This document shows positions 53,750 through 64,000 of a stretch of DNA of 64,000 nucleotides, piece after piece (within the stretch, counting starts at the first letter, position 1; every line of letters starts with the position of its first letter). Location: NCBI GenBank assembly GCA_964016885.1, contig OZ024753.1:26474001-26538000 (forward strand), read 5' to 3'. Under the pieces are notes generated by a model. It made no database searches, was not told the DNA's origin, and worked only from the letters and a program-made list of their open reading frames with translations. The position numbers and the translations under genes are program-made. Source of the DNA: Eledone cirrhosa. Its lineage: Eukaryota.

Positions 53750-56700
53750 TGCTGGGAGAGTGCCGTTACCTATGTTGAGGGTGCCGTTACCTATGTTGGG
53801 AGAGTGCCGTTACCTATGTTGGGAGTGTGCCGTTACCTATGTTAGGAGGGTGCCATTACCTATGTTGGAAGGGTGCCGTTACCTATGTTCGGAGGGTGCC
53901 ATTACCTATGTTGGGAGAGTGCCATTACCTATGTTAGGAGGTTTCCATTACCTATGTTGGAAGGGTGCCGTAACTATGTTGCAAGGGTGCCGTTATCTAT
54001 GTTGGGAGGGTGCCGTTACCTATGTTAGGAGGGTGCCATTATCTATGTTGAAAGGTTGCCATTACCTATGATAGGAGAGTGCCGTTAACTATGTTGGGAG
54101 ACTGCCGTTACGTATGTTGGGAGGGTGGCGTTACCTATGGTGGTAGAGTGCTATCAGCTCTGTTAGGAGTGTGCCGTTAGCTATGTTAGGAGGGTACCCT
54201 TAATTATGTTGGAAGGGTGCCGTTACCTAAGTTAGGAGGGTGCCGTTACCTATATTGGAAGGGTAGCGTTACCTATGTTGGAAGGGTGCCGTTATCTATG
54301 TTGGGAGGGTGCCGTTACCTATGTTAGGAGGGTGCCATTACCTATGTTGAAAGGGTGCCGTTACCTATGATGCAAGGGTGCCATTACCTATGTTGGGAGG
54401 GTGCCGTTACCTATGTTGAGAGGGTGCCGTTACCTATGCTGGGAGAGTGCCGTTACCTATGTTGGGAGGGTGCCGTTACCTAATTTAGGAGGGTGCTGTT
54501 ACCTATGTTGGGAGGGTGCCTTTACCTATGTTGCGAGAGTGCCATTACCTATGTTTGGAGGGGGCTGTTACCTATGTTAGGAGAGTGGGTTACCTAGGTT
54601 GGGAGGGTGCCGTTGCCTATGTTGGGAGATTGCCGTTCTCTATGTTAGGAGGGTGCCGTTACCTATGTTAGAAGGGTACCATTACCTCTGCTGGGAGAGT
54701 GCCATTACCTATGTTAGAAGTGTGCCGTTACCTATGTTAGGAGAGTGCCTTTACCTATGTTGGAAGGGTGCCGTTACCTCTGTTGGGAGAGTGCCATAAC
54801 CTATGTTAGGAGGCTGCCATTACCTATGTTGGAAGGGTGCCGTTACCTATGCTTGGGGGAGTGCCGTTACCTATGTTAGGAGGGTGCCGTTACCTATGTT
54901 GGGAAGGTGCCGTTACCTATGTTGGCAGGGTGCCGTTACCTATGTTAGGAGGGTGCCATTACCTATGTTGGGTGGGTGCCGTTACCTATTTTGGAAGGGT
55001 GTCATTACCTATGTTAGGAGGGTGCCGTTACCTATGTTAGGAGAGTGCCGTTCCCTATGTTGGGAGAGTGTCGTCACCTATGTTAGGAGGGTGCCATTAC
55101 CTATCTTAGGAGGGTGCCATTTCCTATGTTGGAAGGGTGCCGTTACCTATGTTGGGACCGTGCCTTTACCTATATTGGGAGAGTGCCATTAGCTATGTTA
55201 GGAGGGTGCCATTACCTATGTGGGAAGGGTGCCGTTACCTATGTTGCAAGGGTGCCGTTACCTATGTTTGGATGGTGCTCTTACCTATGTTGGAAGGGTG
55301 CCGTTACCTATGTTAGGTGAATGCCGTTACCTATGTTGGGAGGGTGCCGTTACCTATATTGGGAGAGCGCCATCACCTAAGTTAGGATAGTGCCGTTACC
55401 TATGTTGGGAGGGTGCCTTGACCTATGTTAGGACGGTGCCATTACCTATGTTGGGAGGGTGCCGTTACCTATGTTGGCAGGGTGCCGTTACCTATGTTAG
55501 GAGGGTGCCGTTACCTATGTTGGGAGAGTTTGGGAAGGGTGCCGTTACCTATGTTAGGAGGGTGCCATTACCTATGTTGGGTGGGTGCCGTTAGCTATGT
55601 TAGGAGAGTGCCGTTACCTATGTTGGGAGAGTGCCGTCACCTATGTTAGGAGGGTGCCATTACCTATGTTGGGAGAGTGCCGTCACCTATGTTAGGATAG
55701 TGCCGTTACCTATGTTGGGAGGGAGCCGTTACCTATGTTAGGAGGGTGCCATTACCTATGTTAGGAGGGAGCCGTTACCTATGTTAGGAGGGTGCCATTA
55801 CCCATGTTAGGAGGGTGCCATTACCTATGTTGGAAGGGTGCCGTTACCTATGTTAGGAGAGTGCCGTTACCTATGTTGGGAGAGTGAAATTACCTATGTT
55901 AGGAGGGTGCCATTACCTATGTTGGAAGGGTGCCGTAACCATGTTGCAATGCTGCTGTTACCTATGTTTGGAGGGTGCCGTTACCTATGTCGGGAGTGTG
56001 CCGTTACCGATCTTAGGAGGGTGCCATTACCTATGTTGAGAGGGTGCCGTTACCTATGTTGGGGGAGTGCCGTTACATATATTGGGAGAGTGCCATTACC
56101 TATGTTAGGAAGGTGCCATTACCTATTTTGGAAGGGTGCCGTTACCTATGTTAGGAGGGTGCCGTTGCCTATGTTAGGAGAGTGACGTTACCTATGTTGG
56201 GAGGGTGCCGTTACCTATGCTGGGAGAGTGCCGTTACCTATGTTGGGAGTGTGCCGTTACCTATGTTAGGAAGGTGCCATTACCTATGTTGAAAGGGTGC
56301 CGTTACCTATGTTGGGAGGGTGCCATTACCTATGTTGAGAGAGTGCCATTACCTATGTTAGGAGGGTTACATTACCTATGTTGGAAGGGTGCCGTAACTA
56401 TGTTGCAAGGGTGCCGTTATCTATGTTGGGAGGGTGCCGTTACCTATGTTAGGAGGGTGCCATTACCTATGTTGACAGGGTGCCGTTACCTATGATAGTA
56501 GAGTGCCGTTAACTATGTTGGGAGACTGCCGTTACGTATGTTGGGAGGGTGGCGTTACCTATGTTAGGAGGGTACCCTTAATTATGTTGGAAGGGTGCCG
56601 TTACCTAAGTTAGGAGGGTGCCGTTACCTATGTCGGAAGGTTGCCGTTACCTATGTTGGAAGGGTGCCGTTATCTATGTTGGGAGGGTGCCGTTACCTAT

Positions 56701-57950
56701 GTTAGGAGGGTGCCATTACCTATGTTGAAAGGGTGCCGTTACCTATGTTGCAAGGGGCCATTACCTATGTTGGGAGGGTGCCGTTACCTAATTTAGGAGG
56801 GTACTGTTACCTATGTTGGGAGGGTGCCTTTACCTATGTTGCGAGAGTGCATTTACCTATGTTTGGAGGGTGCTGTTACCTATGTTGGGAGAGTGCCATT
56901 ACCTATGTTGGGAGGGTGCATTTACCTATGTTTCAAGGGAGCCTTTACCTATGTTGGGTTGGTGCCGTTACGTAATTTAGGAGGGTGCTGTTACCTATGT
57001 TGGGAGGGTGCCGTTACCTATGCTGTTTGAGTGCCGTTACCTATTTGGAGGGAGCCGTTACCTATGTTTGTAGAGTGCCATCACCTATGTTGGAAGGGTG
57101 CCGTTACCTATGTTAGAAGGGTGCCGTTACCTCTGCTGGGAGAGTGCCATTACCTATGTTAGAAGTGTGCCGTTACCTATGTTAGGAGAGTGCCTTTACC
57201 TATGTTGGAAGGGTGCCGTTACCTCTGTTGGGAGAGTGCCATCACCTATGTTAGGAAGCTGCCATTACCTATGTTGGAAGGGTGCCGTTACCTATGTTGG
57301 GAGGGTGCTGTTACCTATGTTAGGAGAGTGCCGTTACCTGTTTGAGAGGGTGCCGTTACCTATGCTTGGTGGAGTGCCGTTACCTATGTTAGGAGGGTGC
57401 CGTTACCTATGTTAGGAGGGTGCCGTTACCTATGTTGGGAGAGTGTTGGAAGGGTGCCTATACCTATGTTAGGAGAGTGCCGTTACCTATGTTGGGAGAG
57501 TGCCGTCACCTATGTTAGGAGGGTGCCATTACCTATGTTAGGAGGCTGCCGTTACCTATTTTGGAAGGGTGCCATTACCTATGTTAGGAGGGTGCCATTA
57601 CCTATCTTAGGAGGGTGCCATTTCCTATGTTGGAAGGGTGCCGTTACCTATGTTGGGACCGTGCCTTTACCTATATTGGGAGAGTGCCATTAGCTATGTT
57701 AGGAGGGTGCCATTACCTATGTGGGAAGGGTGCCGTTACCTATGTTGCAAGGGTGCCGTTACCTATGTTTGGATGGTGCTCTTACCTATGTTGGAAGGGT
57801 GCCGTTACCTATGTTAGGTGAATGCCGTTACCTATGTTGGGAGGGTGCCGTTACCTATGTTGGCAGAGCGCCATCACCTAAGTTAGGATAGTGCCGTTAC
57901 CTATGTTGGGAGGGTGCCTTGACCTATGTTAGGACGGTGCCATTACCTAT
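53750..57950 (+). repeat. More diverged ~2.4-2.5-kb duplication (~53750-55450 vs ~56215-57950), with a third partial copy near 60120-60500
   Basis: TAACTATGTTGCAAGG at 53971/56395, GGTACCCTTAATTATG at 54193/56571, and identical pseudo-ORFs 55114/57615 with a diverged relative at 60188. Offsets shift between 2378 and 2501. Confidence 0.8.
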
Positions 57951-60900
57951 GTTGGAAGGGTGCCGTTACCTATGTTAGTAGAGTGCCGTTACCTATGTTG
58001 GGAGGGTGCCATTTACCTATGCTGGGAGAGTGCCGTTACCTATCTTAGGAGGGTGCCATTACCTATGTTGAGAGGGTGCCGTTACCTATGTTGGGGGAGT
58101 GCCGTTACCTATATTGGGAGAGTGCTATTACCTATGTTAGGAAGGTGGTTTTACCTGTGTTAGGTGAGTGCCGTTACCTATGTTGAGAGGGTGCCGTTAC
58201 CTATGTTGGGAGAGTGCTGTTACCTATGTTGGGAGAGTGCCATTACCTATATTAGGAGGGTGCCCTTACCTATGTTAGGAGGGAGCCGTTACCTATGTTA
58301 GGAGAATGCCGTTACCTATGTTGGGAGGGTGCCGTTACCTATGCTGGGAGAGTGCCGTTACCTATGTTGGGAGGGTGCCGTTACCTATGTTGGGAGAGTG
58401 CCATTACCTATGTTAGGAGGGTGCCATTAGCTATGTTGCAAGTGTGCCGTTACCTATGTTTGGAGGGTGCTGTTACCTATGTTTGAAGGGTGCCGTTACC
58501 TATGTTAGGAGAGCGCCATCACCTATGTTAGGAGGGTGCCGTTACCTATGTTAGGAGGGTGCCTTTACCTATGCTGGAAGGGTGTCGTTAGCTATGTCAG
58601 GAGGGTGCCATTACTTATGTTGGAAGGGTGCCGTTACCTATGTTAGGATGTTGCCGTTTTCTATGTCAGGAGAGTGTCGTTACCTATGTTGAGGGTGCTG
58701 TTACCCATGTTGGGAGTGTGCCGTTACCCATGTTGGGAGAGTGCTGTTAGCTATGTTAGGAGTGTGCCGTTACCTATTTTGGGAGAGTGCCATTACCTAT
58801 GTTAGGAGGGTGACATTACAAATGTTAGGAGGGTGCCATTACCTATGTTGGAAGGGTGCCGTTACCTATGTTAGGATGGTGCCGTTACCTATGTTAGGAG
58901 ACTGCTTTACCTACGTTGGAAGGGTGCCGTTACCTATGTTAAGAGGGTGCCGTTACCTATGTTGGGAGGGTGCCGTTACCTATGTTAGGAGGGTGCCATT
59001 ACCTATGTTGGAAGGGTGCCGTTACCAATGTTAGGAAGGTGCCGTTACCTATGTTAGGAGACTGCCGTTACCTATGTTGGGAGGGGGCCGTTACCTATGT
59101 TAGGAGACTGCCATTACCTATGTTGGAAGTATGCCGTTACCTATGTTAGGAGGGTGCCGTTACCTATGTTGGGAGAGTGCCATTACCTATGTTAAGAGGG
59201 TGCCGTTACCTATGTTGGGAGTGTGCTGTTACCTATTTTGGGAGAGTGCCATTACCTATGTTAGGAGGGTGCCATTACCTATGTTGGAAGGGTGCCTTTA
59301 CCTATGTCAGGAGAGTGCCGTTACCTATGTTGGGAGGGTGCCGTTACCTATGTTGGGAGATTGCCATTACGCATGTTGGGAGAGTGCCATTACCTATGTT
59401 AGGAGGGTGCCGTTACCTATGTTAGGAGGGTGCCGTTACCTATGTTGGGAAACAGCCATTACCTATGTTAGGAAGGTGCCGTTACCTATGTTGGGAGAAT
59501 GTTGGAAGTGTGCCGTTACCTATGTTAGGAGGGTGCCGTTATCTATGTTGGGAGGGTGCCGTTACCTATGTTAGGAGGATGCCGTTACCTATGTTAGGAG
59601 GCTGCCGTTACCAATTTTAGGAGAGTGCCATTACCTATGTTAGGAGGGTGCCATTACCTATGTTGGAAGGGTGGCGTTACCTATGTTGGGAGGGTGCCGT
59701 TATCTATGTTGGGAGAGTGCCATTACCTATGTTAGGAGGCTGCCATTACCTATGTTGGAAGGGTGCCATTACCTATGTTGGGAGGGTGCTGTTACCTATG
59801 TTGGGAGGGTGCCGTTACCTATGTTAGGAGGGTGCCGTTACCTATGTTGGGAGAGTGTTGGAAGGGTGCCGTTATCTATGTTAGGAGGGTGCCATTACCT
59901 ATGTTGGGTGGGTGCCGTTACCTATGTTAGGAGGGTACCATTACCTATGTTGGAAGGGTGCCATTACCTATGTTGGGAGGGTGCTGTTACCTATGTTAGG
60001 AGAGTGCCGTTACCTATGTTGAGAGGGTACCGTTACCTATGTTGGGAGAGTGCCGTTACCTATGTTGGGAGAGTGCCGTCTCCTATGTTAGGAGGGTGCC
60101 ATTACCTATGTTAGGAGGCTGCCGTTACCTATTTTGGAAGGGTGCCATTACCTATGTTAGGAGGGTGCCATTACCTATGTTAGAAGGGTGCCATTTCCTA
60201 TGTTGGAAGGGTGCCGTTACCTATTGTGGGAGCGTGCCGTTAACTATATTGGGAGAGTGCTATTAGCTATGTTACAAGGGTGCCAATACCTATGTGGAAA
60301 GGGTGCCGTTACCTATGTTGCAAGGGTGCCGTTACCTATGTTTGGATGGTGCTCTTACCTATGCTGGGAGAGTGCCGTTATCTATGTTGGGAGGGTGCCG
60401 TTACCTATGTTGGGAGAGCGCCATCACCTAAGTTAGGATAGTGCCGTTACCTATGTTGGGAGGGTGCCTTGACCTATGTTAGGAGGGTGCCATTACCTAT
60501 GTTGGAAGGGTGCCGTTACCTATGTTAGTAGAGTGACGTTACCTATGTTGGGAGGGTGCCATTTACTTATGCTGGGAGAGTGCCGTTCCTATGTTGAGGG
60601 TGTCGTTACCTATGTTGGGAGAGTGCCGTTAGCTATGTTAGGAGAATGTCGTTACCTATGTTGGGAGGGTGCCGTTACCTATGCTGTGAGAGTGCCGTTA
60701 CCTATGTTGGGAGGGTGCCGTTACCTATGTTAGGAGAGTGCCATTACCTATGTTAGGAGAGTGCCGTTACCTATGTTGGGAGGGTGCCGTTACCTATGCT
60801 GGGAGAGTGCCGTAACTTATGTTGAGGGTGCCGTTACCTATGTTGGGAGAGTGCCGTTACCTATGTTGGGAGTGTGCCGTTACCTATGTTAGGAGGGTGC

Positions 60901-61069
60901 CATTACCTATCTTGTAAGGGTGCCGTTAACTATGTTAGGAGGGTGCCGTTACCTATGTTGGGAGGGTGCCGTTACCTATGTTGGGAGAGTGGCCTTACCT
61001 ATGTTGGGAGGGTGCCGTTACCTATGTTGGGAGAGTGACGTTACCTATGTTGGGAGGGTGCCGTTACCT

Positions 61070-63520
61070 ATGTTGCAAGGGTGCCGTTACCTATCTTTGG
61101 AGGGTGCTGTTACCTATGTTGGAAGGGTGGCGTTACCTATGTTAGGAGAATGCCGTTACCTACGTTGGGAGATTGCCGTTAACAATGCTGGGAGAGTGCC
61201 GTTACCTATTTTGGGATGGTGCCGTTACCTATGTTGGGAGAGCGCCATCACCTATGTTAGGAGGGTGACGTTACCTATGGTAGGAGGGTCCCGTTATCTA
61301 TGTTGGAAGGGTGCCGTTACCTATGTTAGGAGGCTGCCATTACCCTTGTTGGGAGGGTGCCGTTACCTATGTTAGGAGGGTGCCATTACCTATGTTGGAA
61401 GAGTGCCGTTACCTAATTTGGGAGGGTGCTGTTACCTATGTTAGGAGAGTGCCGTTAACTATTTTGAGAGGGTGCCGTTACATATGTTGGGAGAGTGCCG
61501 TCACCTATGTTGGGAGAGTGCCTTTACCTATGTTAGGAGGGTGCCATTACCTATGTTAGGAGGCTACCGTTACCTATTTTGGGAGAGTGCCATTAGCTAT
61601 GTTAGGAGGGTGCCATTACCTATATTAGGAGGGTGCCATTACCTATGTTGGAAGGGTGCCGTTACCTATGTTGCAAGGGAGTCGTTACCTATGTTTGGAT
61701 GGTGCTCTTACCTATGTTGGAAGGGTGCCGTTACCTATGTTAGGAGAATGCCGTTACCTATGTTGGGAGTGTGCCGTTACCTATGCTGGGAGAGTGCCGT
61801 TACCTATGTTGGGAGGGTGTCGTTACCTATGTTGGGAGAGCGCCATCACCTACGTTAGGAAGGTGCCGTTACCTATGTAAGGAGGGTGCCTTTACCCATG
61901 TTGGAAGGGTGTCGTTACCTATGCTAGGAGGGTGCCGTTACCTATGTTGGGAGGGTGCCGTGACCTATTTTAGGAGGGTGCCATTACCTATGTTGGAAGG
62001 GTGCCGTTACCTATGTTAGGAGGGTGCCGTTACTTATGTTAGTAGAGTGCCGTTACCTATGGTGGGAGGGTCCCATTTACCTATGCTGGGAGAGTGCCGT
62101 TCCCTATGTTGAGGGTGCCGTTACCTATTTTCGGAGAGAGCCGCTACCTATGTTGGGAGTGTGCCGTTACCTATCTTAGTAGGGTGCCATTACAGATGCT
62201 GTAAGGGGGCCGTTACCTATGCTGTAAGGGTGCCGTTACCTATGTTGAGAGGGTGCCGTTACCTATGTTGGGAGAGTGCCGTTCCCTATGTTAGGAGGGT
62301 GCTGTTACCTATGTTAGGAGAGTGCCGTTACCTATGTTGAGAGGTTGCCGTTACATATGTTGGGAGAGTGCCGTTACCTATGTTGGGAGAGTGCCGTTAC
62401 CTATATTAGGAGGGTGCCATTACCTATGTTAGGAGGCTGCCGTTACCTATGTTGGGAGCGTGCCGTTACCTATATTGGGAGAGTGCCATTACCTATGTTA
62501 GGAGGGTGCCATTACCTATCTTGTAAGGGTGCCGTTAACTATGTTAGGAGGGTGCCGTTACCTATGTTGGGAGGGTGCCGTTACCTATGTTGGGCGAGTG
62601 GCGTTACCAATGTTGGGAGGGTGCCGTTACCTATGTTGGGAGAGTGCCGTTAGCTATGTTAGGAGGGTGGGGTTACCTATGTTGGGAGAGCGCCATTACC
62701 TATGTTAGTAGGGTGTCATTACCTATGTTAGGAGGGTGCCATTACCTATGTTGGAATGGTGCCGTTACGTATGTTGGAAGGGTGCCGTTACCTATGTTGG
62801 GAGCGTGCCGTTACTTATATTGGGAGAGTGCCATTACCTATTTTAGGAGGGTGCCATTACCTATGTTGGAAGGTTGCCGTTACCTATGTTGCAAGGGTGC
62901 CGTTACCTATCTTTGGAGGGTGCTGTTACCTATGATGGAAGGGTGCCCTTACCTATGTTACGAGAATGCCGTTACCTATGTTGGGAGATTGCCGTTAACA
63001 ATACTGGCAGAGTGTCGTTACCTATGTTGGGAGGGTGCCGTTACCTAAGTTGGGAGAGCGCCATCACCTATGTTAGGAGGGTGACGTTACCTATGGTAGG
63101 AGGGTCCCTTTATCTATGTTGGAAGGGTGCCGTTACCTATGTTAGGAGGCTGCCATTACCCTTGTTGGGAGGGTGCCGTTACCTATGTTAGGAGGGTGCC
63201 ATTACCTATGTTGGAAGAGTGCCGTTACCTAATTTGGGAGGGTGCTGTTACCTATGTTAGGAGAGTGCCGTTACCTATTTTGAGAGGGTGCCGTTACATA
63301 TGTTGGGAGGGTGCCGTCACCTATGTTGGGAGACTGCCGTTACCTATGTTAGGAGGGTGCCATTACCTATGTTAGGAGGCTGCCGTTACCTATGTTGGTA
63401 GGGTGCCGTTACCTATGTTGCAAGGGTGTCGTTACCTATGTTTGGATGGTGCCCTTACCTATGTTGGAAGGGTGCCGTTACCTATGTTAGGAGAATGCCG
63501 TTACCTATGTTGGGAGTGTG
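61070..63520 (+). repeat. Diverged duplication, ~61070-61790 vs ~62886-63520 (offset ~1816)
   Basis: Pseudo-ORFs 61311/63127. Shared rare variants GAGATTGCCGTTAACAAT, CCTATGGTAGGAGGGTCCC and CCTAATTTGGGAGGG, with several mismatches between the copies. Confidence 0.8.
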
Positions 63521-64000
63521 CCGTTACCTATGGTGGGAGAGTGCCGTTACCTATGTTGGGAGAGTGCCGTTACCTATATTAGGAGGGTGCCATTACCTAT
63601 CTTAGGAGGCTGCCGTTACCTATTTTGGGAGAGTGCCATTACCTATGTTAGGAGTGTGCCATGACCTATGTTAGGAGGGTGCCATTACCTATGTTGGAAG
63701 GGTGCCGCTACCTATGTTGGGAGCGTGCCGTTACCTATATTGGGAGAGTGCCATTACCTATGTTAGGAGGCTGCCATTACCTATGTTGGAAGGGTGCCGT
63801 TACCTATGTTGCAAGGGTCCCGTTACCTATGTTAGGAGAGCGCCACCACCTATGTTAGGAGGGTGACATTACCTATGTGGCAGGGGTGCCATTACCTATG
63901 GTAGCAGGGTGCCGTTACCTATGTTGGGAGAGTGCCATTACCTATGTTGTGAGAGTGCCTTTACCTCTGTTAGGATGGTGCCGTTACGTATGTTAGGAGG

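Larger units (their letters stand above)
1..64000 (+). repeat. Tandem satellite array, 23-bp monomer GTTACCTATGTT(G/A)G(G/A)AG(G/A)GTGCC, head-to-tail, running off both window ends
   Basis: The monomer is directly readable on every line. TTACCTATG recurs every 23 nt in the same orientation with no spacer or unique DNA. The ORF track shows the 23-aa periodic peptide expected from three monomers. Confidence 0.99.

Noticed and set aside
161-63858. Hundreds of + strand ORFs (up to 227 aa, e.g. 8068-8751 and 42141-42767) encoding Cys/Trp/Tyr-rich repeats
   Set aside because: They overlap in all three frames and give the same 23-aa periodic peptide, mostly start at GTG/TTG within the monomer, and end wherever a variant creates an in-frame stop. 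Frame-breaking 11- and 22-bp monomers are tolerated freely, so there is no sign of coding constraint.
1-64000. CRISPR array (23 bp is at the low end of CRISPR repeat length)
   Set aside because: The repeats abut directly with no unique spacers, leader or cas genes, and the variable part is only single-base variants of a fixed tract.
1-64000. AGGAGG Shine-Dalgarno-like motif followed by GTG/ATG in many monomers
   Set aside because: It is an incidental part of the purine tract, repeated hundreds of times with no real gene downstream.
1-64000. Diversity-generating cassette system (antigenic-variation silent cassettes, DGR template/variable repeats, integron array)
   Set aside because: There is no expression locus, reverse transcriptase, recombinase or attC-like site. 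Ordinary satellite turnover explains the variant cassettes.
1-64000. RIP or APOBEC hypermutation as the cause of the G/A variants
   Set aside because: The four variable sites have different dinucleotide contexts, and other TG sites in the monomer (TATG, GTGCC) remain largely intact. Amplified ancestral variants are a simpler explanation.
1-64000. Synthetic concatemer or rolling-circle/sequencing artefact
   Set aside because: Rare variants are shared in order between distant blocks at several nested scales, which indicates a duplication history rather than random error on one template. Individual duplications still need read support.
1-64000. A single regular higher-order repeat like alpha-satellite HORs
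   Set aside because: Marker spacings are irregular (287 bp to 8.3 kb) and most large blocks occur only 2-3 times, so no fixed HOR period is supported.

Overview
The whole 64 kb window is one uninterrupted, single-orientation tandem satellite array. The monomer is 23 bp, consensus GTTACCTATGTTGGGAGGGTGCC, giving roughly 2,800 copies (64,000/23). I saw no unique sequence, inversion, mobile element, RNA gene or credible protein-coding gene. All listed ORFs are translation artefacts. Because 23 is not a multiple of 3, the + strand yields a 69-nt/23-aa periodic peptide (RVPLPMLGGCRYLCWEGAVTYVG) that stops mostly at TTAGG-variant monomers. The - strand carries TAG and TAA in each consensus monomer. 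What is informative is the internal architecture: a few dominant G/A monomer variants, recurrent ordered cassettes of rare variants, 11/21/22-bp truncated monomers, and nested near-identical duplications with offsets of 0.29, 0.64, 0.94, 2.55, 3.2-3.4 and 6.6-6.8 kb. Copies look more diverged toward the right end. This is most consistent with eukaryotic heterochromatic satellite DNA (inference). I cannot name the organism or satellite family, and I found no evidence for a novel gene-encoded system. Duplication boundaries were read by eye and are approximate.
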